From assembly GCA_003614675.1 (NCBI GenBank), contig ML002345.1:1-39934 (forward strand): 39,934 nt of DNA, given 5' to 3'. This document shows, piece after piece, positions 1 to 11,400 of this stretch (the stretch's first letter is position 1; each line of letters opens with the position of its first letter). The translations under genes were made by a program, and so were the position numbers. The notes beneath the pieces are model-generated. The model worked only from the letters and a program-made list of their open reading frames with translations. It was not told where the DNA came from and ran no database searches. The stretch is from Dimargaris cristalligena. Taxonomy: Eukaryota.

Positions 1-231
1 AGGCCCGGCTGGTAAGGGGATATCAATGATGCTCGGCCTTATTAGGGCCGGGGGGTACAATATGGTGCTATACGGCCTGATATGATGGCGGTCATATCGG
101 TTGGATTAGGGCGGATTAGGAGGGGTGACAGCCCAATTAGGACAAATGTATTAGCTGTTCAACCTATTTCTTCTAGACCACTACCCTCATTAGTTATTGC
201 ACCTTAGTCTTCCGCGTAACTCCCTGGTCCT

Positions 232-239
232 TATATAAA
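232..239 (+). promoter_or_regulatory. Putative TATA box of the FKBP12 gene
   Basis: TATATAAA lies ~170 nt upstream of the ATG at 404 and is followed by a pyrimidine-rich leader. Confidence 0.45.
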
Positions 240-403
240 CTCATCCTTTGCCTTGGTCTCTGCTTTCCGCAATTTCCATGTTCACTCTTGAACAGTTCAT
301 CACCCTTGTCGCTGCTTCCCGCTAGTATTGATAAGTTTCTACCTCACCTCTCGCCCTTCCAAACAGTTCGTCACATTTTGCGACTCGTTCTAGCCAATCT
401 AAC

Positions 404-1026
404 ATGGGTGTCGATATCAAGACCATCGCTGAAGGCTACGGACCCAATCCCAAGCAAGTAAGTTAACCCTGACCGAATTTAGTCGGTGTATTCGGCTATT
501 ATTCTCCAAACCATCGGCTATATATTTAATTTCCACTTAATATACTGTACTATATTCTGCTACCCTGTACGGTCTATATCAACTTCCTTAGGGCCAAACT
601 GTAACTATACATTGTAAGTTCCCCTTATATTATGCCGTTGGTTGGTAGATTCTTTTATCTACCTTTTCCCTCGCATTATTTAGTATGTAACTTTGCCCAA
701 GCTGGCCAAAGTTTATTATCACTAAATGTCAATATGTGATTACATAATTGTTAATGTACTATTCAATGTTGGCCATAGACACCAGTATTCTCCCCAACGG
801 CTCCAAATTCGATAGCTCCCACGATCGTAACTGCCCCTCTAGCTTCGTCGTTGGTCGAGGCAAGGTGATTCGGGGATGGGAAGAGGCGGTCCTCAAGATG
901 AAAAAGGGCGGGAAGGCTTGGCTTACCGTCACCCCCGACTACGGCTTTGGATCTCGGGGCTCCCTCCCTATCATTCCCCCCAACTCCAAGCTCATCTTTG
1001 ATTTTGAGCTGATTGATATTAAATAA
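404..1026 (+). CDS. FPR1: FKBP12-type peptidyl-prolyl cis-trans isomerase (FK506/rapamycin-binding protein family), 107 aa, 3 exons: 404-457, 592-613, 779-1026
   Basis: The spliced translation [43 protein letters not shown]...VIRGWEE...PDYGFG...IPPNSKLIFDFELIDIK aligns over its full length to FKBP12. Introns 458-591 and 614-778 are GTAAGT...TAG and keep the frame (324 nt in total). Confidence 0.93.
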
Positions 1027-1905
1027 GTGATTATTATTTTTATACATATTTTCTAACCACTTGACCCATTTTTAACCATCAGATAGCCCGTAAGTAAGCA
1101 TTTCTCGGGTTGCCCTTGATTTTATTCGTCAATCTCCCTGCTGAATAACACTTCCGGTTATACACTATCTGGTTTAATTTGTTTGAAACGTGCTACAAAA
1201 TGACAATCATTTGTATGGGAGTGGATTTCTTACCAAGAGCCACTGTACGGGGGGGGCGGGGTTTATCATAAAAAGGTGGAAAGCGATGGTCAAAATCAGA
1301 TAATGCATATTGGTCCTGTCATCCCAGACTACTGGGCGACCCCTAACAACTATACGCTACAGACAGGATATGGCAATGAGTTTTATAAAAGTTGTTCATT
1401 AATGCTAGCACTTCTGCATAGCTTATGGTATATGGATGGTTGGTTGTAATGGATAGTGAAATGTGCCCCACCCATTCAATAAGGATTGAAATAAGCATCA
1501 GATCCTAACCCCAAAGATAGACTAGTGAATATCATCGACCCGATACTATACTGTATCTATCCTGCCCCTCTTCCTACGATTTATAGGCATGTGGATTAGG
1601 ATATCGCATAGTCTTCAACATTAATATGTGTTATTACTTTGCTAAATGAGTATGTTACTACAATGGACTCTCCTCCCCAACTGCCCATTAATTTGCAATG
1701 GCCTCCCCAAGCTAAACTATATGACCAAAAAGGCCGTATTAAAAAACGTAGACTGTAATTCCCACCTAAGGCTGCCACCTGGAAGTTAGTATATAGTTTT
1801 CGTCGTACTTTCACTCAGGGGCTGACGGCGTTACAGGTACTTCGGGGGCAATCCCCAGAAAACAATATTTCCAACGATTAGCGAGGCAGCCGTGCCCTAT
1901 TAAAG

Positions 1906-1913
1906 CACGTGAT
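1906..1913. promoter_or_regulatory. E-box / Cbf1-type bHLH site (CACGTGAT) upstream of YAF9
   Basis: The reverse complement ATCACGTG matches RTCACRTG and lies ~150 nt upstream of the YAF9 ATG. This is a motif match only. Confidence 0.25.
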
Positions 1914-2060
1914 CATATGATGCCAGTCTCGTTTACCGCTGTGCCATACTCACTACGAGTTGACATTACATTCTTTCGTTAAGAGGCATTGGCTTGCCAA
2001 CGCTACTGGAGTAGCTATCCCGCTTCTTTTACTATTAATTTTGTGCATTTCATTTATACC

Positions 2061-3225
2061 ATGTCAAGTAAATCGCAAAAGCGAGTTAAGGTGAGCGCAC
2101 TATTACTTGACTGACCTCGCCTATTTCCAACCACCGTAGGACACATGGAACTCGAACCTCATTCCTTTGGCCAAGTCCAAGAATATAACTGAGCATGGGC
2201 GATTAAGCGCGTATGGCAGCCCCCTTCGCCACTACTGTATTCGGGCTATTGCGCCTTGGTCGCGGCACTTTACTAACCTTTCTAACCATGTTTCCCTCGT
2301 CCTTTCACTTGACCGCTATCATTTGCATGTAACTCCCTCTTTTTTGAAAGGGCATTGCCATTGCCCGGCCCATCGTCTATGGCAACATCGCTGCCCCCCT
2401 CGGGAATGAAAGAGCCAGCCAACCGGACCACACTCATCGCTGGACCATGTCGTTACGGGGTGTGAACAACGAGGATATTTCCTATTACGTCAAGAAGGTC
2501 GTATTCAAACTGCACGAAACCTACCCTCAACCCAACCGGGGTAAGTGGCCACCATTTATAAATGGCTTTCAACACTCCCTGATTCGTCAGAAACCCCAAA
2601 CCCCTCTTTGATCCCGCCCCCAAGGATATGCGATTCAGTCTCCCCATGGGTCTAAAGGGCATCACTAATTCCTATTTGATATTAACGAATGTTTATTATT
2701 ATGATCATTATTTCATTTGTGTTGTCATGATGGCCCGTCCAACTTAACCCTACGCAATTAGCTGTGGATAAACCGCCGTTTGAAGTTTCCGAAACCGGTT
2801 GGGGTGAATTCGAAATCGCCATCAAAGTGTATTTCCACAATTTTAGTGGCGAAAAGCCAGTCACCCTCTTCCACCACTTGCGCCTGCACCCCACCGAGGC
2901 CTTACTCAATCCCAATGAAGCCAACAAAGCCATTCTCAACCAACCCGTGGTTGCTTACCATTACGATGAGATTGTGTTCAACGAACCCTTGGAGTCCTTT
3001 TCCCAAATCCTTCTCGATAATCGATCATCGGAATTGGCCCCTAAATCGACTCTAACGACACCCTACAGTTTACAGGCCGAACAGGAGGAATTGGCTAAGC
3101 TGCAAAAAGATAATTACCAGGTAGAACAACTCATTGAGGAGTACCGCGAGCGAATAGCCATGGCTGACAGACAGCTTATTCAGCTTCGCCAAGAAACGGC
3201 CGCCCTAGAAGCGACCCGCAAATAA
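2061..3225 (+). CDS. YAF9: YEATS-domain protein Yaf9/GAS41 (NuA4/SWR1 subunit), 227 aa, 3 exons: 2061-2090, 2351-2540, 2762-3225
   Basis: The spliced translation MSSKSQKRVK-GIAIARPIVYGN...DHTHRWT...[36 protein letters not shown]...FHHLRLHP...YDEIVFNEP carries the YEATS signature and a C-terminal coiled coil. Introns are 2091-2350 (GTGAGC..AAG) and 2541-2761 (GTAAGT..TAG). Confidence 0.95.
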
Positions 3226-3749
3226 TTTTGGTTTGATTCCATATAGTTTCGCTGTCCGCGGGCTTACCTTAAATGGGAAAGCGGGTTATATTTCGATAGC
3301 AACGGATAAGGCCGCCCTGTAAATTTATCATTGTGATTTCCTTTATCCCATCCTTGATTCAAGTTAAGCATGATGTCATTTTCCGAGAATATAAATAACG
3401 TGTATTTTACTAATCTAACCAGACCTGATGACTTTAAATACAAAGGGAATATAATCGGGGCAAATAAACACAGATATGCTAAAACTCACCGTAGCCATTT
3501 GACCCGCCGATGGGTACCCCGCTTTGGCATGCTAAGGCTTCGCCTCGGTATAGTGCATTTTACATTACGTTATAAGAGTAGTACTTTATTATGTGGTGAA
3601 TAAACCTAAGCTAATAAAATAAGTATTTTATTGTTCTTACAGTATTGTTGAAGCGGTTGGGGATGGAGTGATTTATGGATATATTTGTACGATACCTATT
3701 CCACGATTCGGATGGGGATAGGGGTGGCGATGGGTAGAAAGTAAGCAGG

Positions 3750-4265
3750 TTAGCGTTTATTAATGAGCAACTCGTTCTCCTCGGGCGACTCGTTCAACAT
3801 AGGATTAGGGCTGGACGAACCGGCCGCTTGGTTTGACCCCAATCGATCCGTTGGTGGAGCTAGCGATACATTGGTGAGCCCAGCCGACGGGGCCTTGGAC
3901 GGACCGCTATGGTAATGGATAGGGGCCGACGACCCCTCGGCGGGGTATGGGTCCTCGCCGGCCTCCTGGGAATCGGGGAAATAATCAAACTCGAATTCAC
4001 CCCCGTAATCGTCCCCATCGGTGTGGTCCGTCATGTAAAACGTTTCCTCAATGGAGGCGGTTTGGTAGGGCCGCTGGCCGTAGCGACCCCGACGGCGTTG
4101 GCGCCACCACCGGGTAAAGCCCGGACAGCACGAATGGCAAAAGGCGCGCATAATGTCTTGGCCACAGCAGGTATTGATGAAGAAACACCAGAAGAAGGCT
4201 AGGACGAAGACCAGAAAGCACACCACGATAAAAACGACGAACCCGCCGGAGAGTTCTCGAGCCAT
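3750..4265 (-). CDS. Hypothetical single-pass membrane protein, 171 aa (N-terminal TM helix, Cys-rich juxtamembrane region, basic patch, acidic disordered tail)
   Basis: ATG at 4265 in a CACC-ATG-G context. The hydrophobic FVVFIVVCFLVFVLAFFWCFFI is followed by CC..C..CC and RWWRQRRRGR (positive-inside rule), then an acidic/Ser-Pro tail ending at TAA. Confidence 0.75.
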   Translation of the reverse strand: MARELSGGFVVFIVVCFLVFVLAFFWCFFINTCCGQDIMRAFCHSCCPGFTRWWRQRRRGRYGQRPYQTASIEETFYMTDHTDGDDYGGEFEFDYFPDSQEAGEDPYPAEGSSAPIHYHSGPSKAPSAGLTNVSLAPPTDRLGSNQAAGSSSPNPMLNESPEENELLINKR

Positions 4266-5109
4266 GGTGCAACGGTTTTTTGTTTCACGGACCAAAAAAT
4301 AGAGGGAGTAGGGTGGTGTGGTGGTGAGGCTGATGCGACGCGGAAGTCCACTAAATAAGGTAGTCGACGGGGAGAGGCGAAGGGGTCAATTCAATAGAAG
4401 GCTCGCTCAATGGGATTCCTGCCGGTGCGAGAGTCAATAAGGGCGCGGGAGAGTAGGCGGGAGTGAAGGGGATAGTATAGACCAAATTGACTTTCCTAAT
4501 AGCAAACGATAAAGGACTCTATGATAAATAGCGGAGGCAATGCAAGCCAAGCGACGGTGTCTACTGGACAATCTCTTTCCATTCACCAGGCCTGTCGCTA
4601 AAGTGAGCGGGGGTTCATCAGCCGAGCTAGCCGCGGGGCCCAGACTAGCGGGTTGTGCAGCTCACAGACGAGTCTGACTGTGGTACTCCGCCAGAGTGAG
4701 AGAGTTCCTCGATACTGTTCTACCCTTTTCCCAATCCCAGCCGTCGATTGTGACGGCTCTGAGTTGCGGGACTTACGTCTTGAGTAACTAACTGGCTGGT
4801 CCTTTCTATGCTATAGGTTTCAAACCCCATCGCCATACCAGCTGCATACAATTTCCGTCGAGTTCATCCGAGCCGAGCGCTTCTCTTTATTCATTCGCTC
4901 GCTTTATTATTTACCACCACACAGCCGTTGTTTGGAACTGTCTGTCCATTTCCCCACTCACTACCACCAGCAGCCTCATTTCACTCGTACTCGCATTCAT
5001 GCATTTATAAAGAGCCCGAGCCACAACTACCCGGACTCTCCCTATTCCATCCCAGAAATATTTCCCCTCTGTATTCATATAGTCCCCCCCCACCCACCTC
5101 TCATCGACC

Positions 5110-6812
5110 ATGTCTTACGCTGGTCTTCCTCCTCCTCCTCCGCCGCCCCCTCCTCGTGCACGGCGTGGACTCGCCGCATTGCCGCCCCGGCGGCTAAAAG
5201 CCGGGCCCAGCCCAACCCGCAGCCATACCACCGAGTTTCTGGCCCTCCGCACGGCCACCACGAAACGCCTTCTTCTCGAGGAGAATAAACTACGGCAGCG
5301 GCTGGAGAAAATGGACGCTCTCCACAGCCAGCGTCCCTCGTCGTCCCACTCCACCCTACTCAGCTCAGCTGCTTCCATCGGAGGTCTGAGCACGTCGTCG
5401 TCTTCCGTCACGGGCGGAAGACTGGTTTCGCCGTCGGCGGCTAATCTACGCCAGGCCGAGCAGGCCATTGTGAAATGGGAGGCGGACGGCGAAGTCCACG
5501 CGTGCCGGGTATGTCGGGAACCCCTGGGGGGATTACTCCAGCGCAAACACCATTGTCGGTTATGTGGCCAGGTGATTTGTTACCGCCCCCAGTGTTCCTC
5601 GAATCTAACCCTAAGTATGCGGCCGGGGCGGAACGAACCCGCTACGATTCGCGTGTGTAGCCGGTGTACGAGTATCCTGGATCGGCGGGAATTCATCGTG
5701 GTGGCCATTCGGAGTAAAACCCATACCTTGACGGCCTACCAGACCATCGTCCGCTACCGATCAACAATCGATAAGTTATTACCTAAATTCGACGAATTGG
5801 TTCTTAAATTGAGGTTAGTAGCTGCTGCCGAATAGATCACAAACTCTACCCCCCCTCCACATTACCACCATTACCATTACATTTCGATCCGACTATGAAG
5901 TATTTGGTGCATTTTATCATGGAGACTGGGCACCGAATTCCTTTCCGGAAATGCTTTGAAAATACTAGACTAATGTATACCCGCCGGCCTGTATTCCGCG
6001 GTTTTATCGATCATATTCCACATTCCAGTAAGGAAGCCGACTTGACCGAGACCCACATTGACTACCAAGTGGCCGCAAAATTACGCCGGGACCTTTTGGA
6101 GAATCTTAGCCAACTCGATCGGGCCAGTAAACAGGTTCTCAAACTAAAGGCGGACTCCTAAGGCGACCAGCGCCTACATAACGCCATTTACCAGTACTGT
6201 GCCCAATACCTCCAGCAACGCATGTTTTCTTTGTCCCTATTGCCCAAGCTGCTGGGCAGCCAAACCCCGCCCTCGTCTCAACACAGTGTTTCCGGGCGGT
6301 CCAGTCGGGCCACGCTGAATAATGGACCCCCAGATGGACCTCGATCGTCCTCTCGGACGGTTCGAATCAAGGGCTTACAGTCCCCGCCGACGCAGTCATC
6401 GGAACGGTCGTCCCCGCCTACTACCCCCTCTTCGGATTCGCCCAAGGAATATCCTAATGGAGGTGAACTAATCACCGCAGCAGCGACAACTCCAAGCCGT
6501 GCAGGGGAGTCTCCGTCGACCGCGGACGGCTCGGTGGTTTCCGGGTTCCTAAATTTCTTTAGTCTGGGGGGCCTGACCCGGACAACTTCCGTCGGTTCCC
6601 GAAATTCGGCCAGCGTGCGATTGGCGGCCGAAGATCTGGCCCAGGAATTGGATCGCTTGGATGTCCTTCGCGAGCAGCGGTTTTTGGTAGAGGGATTTTT
6701 ACAGGATGCCGTTCAACACCGCCGGCTGGAGGATGCCAAGACATTGCGCGCTAGTTTGGGCGAGTTGGAAGAGGAAATTAACGGTATTGAGGCGGTCATC
6801 CCGACCATTTAA
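5110..6812 (+). CDS. PEP7: Pep7/Vac1/rabenosyn-5-like FYVE-domain Rab effector; exons 5110-5813 and 6029-6812; internal in-frame TAA at 6159-6161
   Basis: FYVE signature WEAD...CRVC...RKHHCRLCGQVIC...RVCSRC, preceded by the RSHTTEFLALR motif. The rabenosyn-type helical region (IDKLLPKF...RLHNAIYQYCAQYLQQRMFSLSLLPK) and the C-terminal Rab-binding motif LREQRFLVEGFLQDAVQHRRLEDAKTLRASLGELEEEI follow. Intron 5814-6028 (GTTAGT..CTAAT..CAG) keeps the frame. Confidence 0.88.
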
Positions 6813-7643
6813 TCCGGCACCCATACTACCTCACTGCCTTTCCCAACTAACCCCCCCCCTGCTTCCAGCTGTTTTTTTTTCTTTAAAATGTGGCGTTCAG
6901 GCAACGAATTACCTCCCGTGATTTTCCTTACATTCAGCCGATGTCTTTTTTAAAAAAACTATTTAATCGGTGGGCCTATTTCATTTATTTTTGCATGTGT
7001 TTCCCTAATGAACTTATGAAACCCTATTCGAGTAATCGACTTCACTCCTTCGAATCATACCAGTCAGCAGCCAATTCCGTTGATTCGGAGTCAGCCTTGA
7101 TATACTAGTAACCAGGGCACCAATAGAGATCCAACTTAATTGCATGAAAAAAGGTGGAGTGGGGAACTAGACAAACCAAACAAGGTGCCGATGGTCGTTA
7201 TTAACAGCTATCCAATGGGACCCCCCGCCTTAGAAAAAGCCACGCCCCGCCATTGCCAGTAGGGTCGGAGTTATAACTAAATTGTATTTCAACTTGTATA
7301 GACACTATGATGGGTAAGAAATATTGAGATTGGAATGGAAGTGGGGAAATGATTGAACCAAAACCCAAGGCGGGGAATGTGGCGGAGGAAGCAAGAGATG
7401 GGTGAGAATATCCGGGAACGAAAAGTACAAGGGAAAGTACGAAAATTTAACCATATCGGCTCATCTGAACCTTCCACACCCTCCCCTTGGTAAGGTGGCT
7501 TAGTAATATCTGATTCAGCAAGTCTGAATTGGGTCGTTCGGCGGTAGAGCATCATCAGTATGTTGCCATCTCGCGTCTCCCGACCCTGAGCCGAACAACC
7601 AAGTCGCCCTCAACAAATGCCCGGGGAGTGTGGCATGATCTAG

Positions 7644-8464
7644 TTATTGCGAATGGGCCTTGGCAATCTCCGCGGCCCGGTCTAGCGCCGACCGGGCATT
7701 CTGGGTGTAGTTATTGGCGGCGCGGTTAATGGAGGCCGAGTGGTGGAGGAAAACCGGTCGCAGGTAGGCCTGGTACAGGTACTCCGCACCACGGGTCTGG
7801 GGCAGGGCAAGCCAAAGCAGAATACTGAGCTTCAGCACATAGTAGAAGGGGATCCAGTAGAGGAGGATGTTGGTGAAATATTCCGCGGTATTGAATAGGC
7901 CAAACACGGTCCAGTAAGTCAACCACTGTGTATCGTCCTCCTTGCCTGGGGTTTCGATGGCATGGAACGAGCACCATGCTGTAGGTTTTGGTATCGGAAG
8001 GTATGTGTATTAAAATAATCAAGTTTAAATAGCCGGAATTAGGCAGTCGCGGATTTACATTATGGTAATGTAGGCTTGGAAAAGGGACCCGGCCTCTTTG
8101 ATATCCCAAGCGCTAGACCTAACGAAAAAGAACAGATTAAAGCTAATGCCAATGGAGAAGTGTGCACCGGAAACGGAGAACCTAGGCTCGACCATTGAGT
8201 TCACCCCGCATGATGTGGGGGAAACTCCGCTGAAGGACCATTGTAGTAAGACTTACCGGGATAGACGAAGCCGACCAGGTTGGTAATTAGTGTACCGGCG
8301 AAGTTGAAAATGACCAACAAGAGGCCGACGGCGCTGGCTCCCGCGGCGATGTACACCTTGGGTACCTTAAAGCGCTGCTCCAGATCGCAGAGGAAGGGGA
8401 TGCTCGACAGCTCACGGTCGGCCTGGGCATAGTACTTGTCGTGGTAGAATTGAACCTTATCCAT
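7644..8464 (-). CDS. YOP1: Yop1/DP1/REEP (TB2/DP1/HVA22 family) ER-shaping protein, 180 aa, 2 exons: 8464-8257, 7978-7644
   Basis: The spliced translation ...LEQRFKVPKVY...[38 protein letters not shown]...WIPFYYVLK...LWLALPQTRGAEYLYQAYLRP is the family signature. Intron 8256-7979 is GTAAGT..CAG. Confidence 0.96.
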
Positions 8465-11400
8465 AGTGACGGTTGGTATGGAAGCGGTGGGAGGGCAGCG
8501 CAGAGTTGAGCTGTGGTGGTGGAAATAATGTGGCAATGTGCAGGGGGTATGAGTCTCGAGAACATATGGGGCAACGTATACCCTCGACCGGGGGCTCGTC
8601 ACAGAATGCCCGAGGTTCGAGGGAGAAGAAGCGGCCCCGGGCTAGGATTGGACCAGCCTAGAGACGGGCTGAAAGAGTCAAATGGCGGGTCTGGCCTCTA
8701 TGGTCAAAGTCGATCACGGCCTTTGGGTTCGGCAAACACATCGGACGCCCAGGTTTCAAAGCAACTTACCGGGTAAAAAGACGAGGGGTAGTGGGAAATT
8801 GCCTTAATGCTGGACCAACAAAAATCAAAGAGTTGAAGGAAACGGATGCAATCGAAGGTAGAGCTGCTGGTGACGAAAATAACCCAGAGGAAGGATACTG
8901 CCGCCTGGGGTATTCCAGCTGGAGGGGTAGGCTATAGGAGAAGTAGAGGAGAGGGCCTTGGCGACCTCAGCGGGCGGATGTGAACTGTGGGGTAAGAACA
9001 ATATAGCCAGCCCAGTGCATAGCGGCGTGAGACAATGGCCGGCCATTCTCAGCTGCCGGAACAATCATCCTTAGGTATCCAACCACTATGGAATATAAGG
9101 CGGAGAGGACCAGCTGAGGCCCCACAATACTGCACCCTTCTATATTGTCCCAATATACGAGATGTTCCTGATAACGAGGATGAGGGCAATAGAGAGAGGG
9201 GATTTTACCGCGCTGAGTTTCCGCAACTATTCGACCGTAGCGGCATAAATTGAGGCAGTGACGCAAATACATAGCCTGATGATTGCTATCTATAGACCGG
9301 CTAAAGCGCATCCCGGATACGTCAGGGTTCCCCGTGCCTCACAGCTCCATCGGATTCCCAGTCAGACCCTGCGTTCCCCGCTAAACTGGCGCGTGAAAGA
9401 CGGTTCCAAAATGAGCTGATTAACAACATTCACTCCCTTAGATATTACAAATGATTAAGGTGAGAAGAAACTCAGCCCTAACGATTAGGCTATCTCGCCC
9501 TGCCCAAATGAGCCCTATACTACCCCAATATCCCTTGCCAACGGACTCCACAATAGCCTGGTCGATACTGACCCGCCCCTCTCCCTCCCTCTTGCGATGT
9601 TCACGAAGGTCGTGCGGATCCGAACGGTTCCTCACTCATTCTTCTAGTTGGTTGATCAGTCAGAGATGCTATTATTAAATTATAAAGATGGAGAACGGGA
9701 AATCGCACTCGGCTTAATAACCTTTATTAACCACCCAATCACACCCCTCCAGCTCCGCTGCCCGCAAAAGCCTTCCAACGGACTATGAAACTCGTGGGTT
9801 GTGTGAATGGGAGAGGAAGTGAAGAGGGGGGGGGATTGGCGGCAGATATGGTCTAACCGCACCTTGGATACCAAGCTCACTATAACCCCCCAATGTCAAA
9901 ATAAAATAAAATTAATTCAATTAATTAAGCCGCGCCAACGACGATGCTTCCACGTTAACCGCGTGCCCAGTACGTCCACATGCGCTGAGTTAGACGATAG
10001 TAACCGTAGCCCAGTCTGGCTGCCCACCCGTGTACCACCTGAGAAACACGTCCAAGTAGTACATTTAATGGCCGGTTTTCCCACCAACATGCCCTAGGGC
10101 GGTCGCTCTTTTACCGACCATCTACCACCAAAAGGGTTTAGCCGAAAGATGTTTCGCCCATGGTGTGTATGGTAGGGTAAATCTCTATAGGCCAACAACC
10201 CCTCATCACATGGAGCAGGGATAGGAGCCGCACACTTGTCTAGGTCGAAGGATTAATACGCCGCCGAATGCTCGTGGGGGTACTTTCCTCATCGCGCGTA
10301 CGTGACGATACAGTATACTTTAACCAATGGTTCAATTCGGAAGACAAAATCTGGTCGCCTGATCTTTTAAGCACAGTCGGGCCGAAAGACTCCTAATTAG
10401 GGGATGCCTTCCCTAACCTTGGGTAACCATTTTTGGCTTCGTTTCGGATGTTTCAGAGTCGTCTACCAAGCGTTGCGGCTCTAGCCCGTTAGGCAACTGC
10501 TACACCAACTCCAACATCCAGCCAATAATCGCATCAGTATTACACCCCCCCCCACTCACACCGCTCTTTTTTTACTTTCAGCAGGTACCAATGGCCCACA
10601 ATAGTAGTAAAGAACCAATAAAAGTACATTTCAACGAAAATTCCAATCAACTACATTCACAGGGGGGAGGAGGGGTTGCCCAAAACCCGGACGGATAGGC
10701 TGAGACTGGCTATCGCGGTTGGTGTAACGCTCCGAGGTGCTCCAGGGTGGCGCCCACCACTTGGGCGCCTGACTTGGCCTGGTTTCTCCGCTCCCATTGC
10801 ATCAAGAGCGGCAGTTTAGGAAGCAGCCTAATTCCCCGCCCCACTCATGCAAGAACGCGGAGTGACAGTCCTGTAGGTATTTCACCTCGACCAAAAATTA
10901 AAGTACAGCGGGCCCCATAGTGTCCCAAAAATGCAGTACTCCCTAAAAACCAAATGCCGGATACTAGTAGGTTTTGTTTTTTTTTGGAGTAGTACAGTTT
11001 TTATTGGATTACACCCTCCAAAAACTGACCATAGCACCAACCCCTCCCAGTGGTATAGAGTCGGGCTTGCAAAAATTTCATTAAACATTGATAGCCTCCG
11101 TTTAGCCATCTCGGCAAATTCAATCAGGTGCAATGCATACACCGCTATATACTTAAATCCTGGCTAAGGACCACCCGCTTACATAGTTAATGGATATGTT
11201 ACTAATAAAAATAAAAAAAGTGCGGTGGATTAAACAGCCATAGTGAAAACCCGATTGGATACACGTAATAGAGGTCTATCCTTCAATACAAGTGGCCAGA
11301 TGAATCCAGCAAGTGACCGTTGGCTGTCATTGCCACCGTTCGGTCGAGTAAACCTGCGTATCTATCCCAATACCCTTGGAATTCCTAAGCCATACTATAG

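Noticed and set aside
763-6744. Antisense and alternate-frame ORFs overlapping FKBP12, YAF9, the TM gene and PEP7
   Set aside because: These are shadow ORFs of GC-rich coding sequence with no independent signature.
404-8464. TAA stop-codon reassignment as the explanation for the PEP7 internal stop
   Set aside because: FKBP12, YAF9, YOP1 and PEP7 itself end at TAA at the expected family C-terminus, and no other internal stop is seen in these genes.
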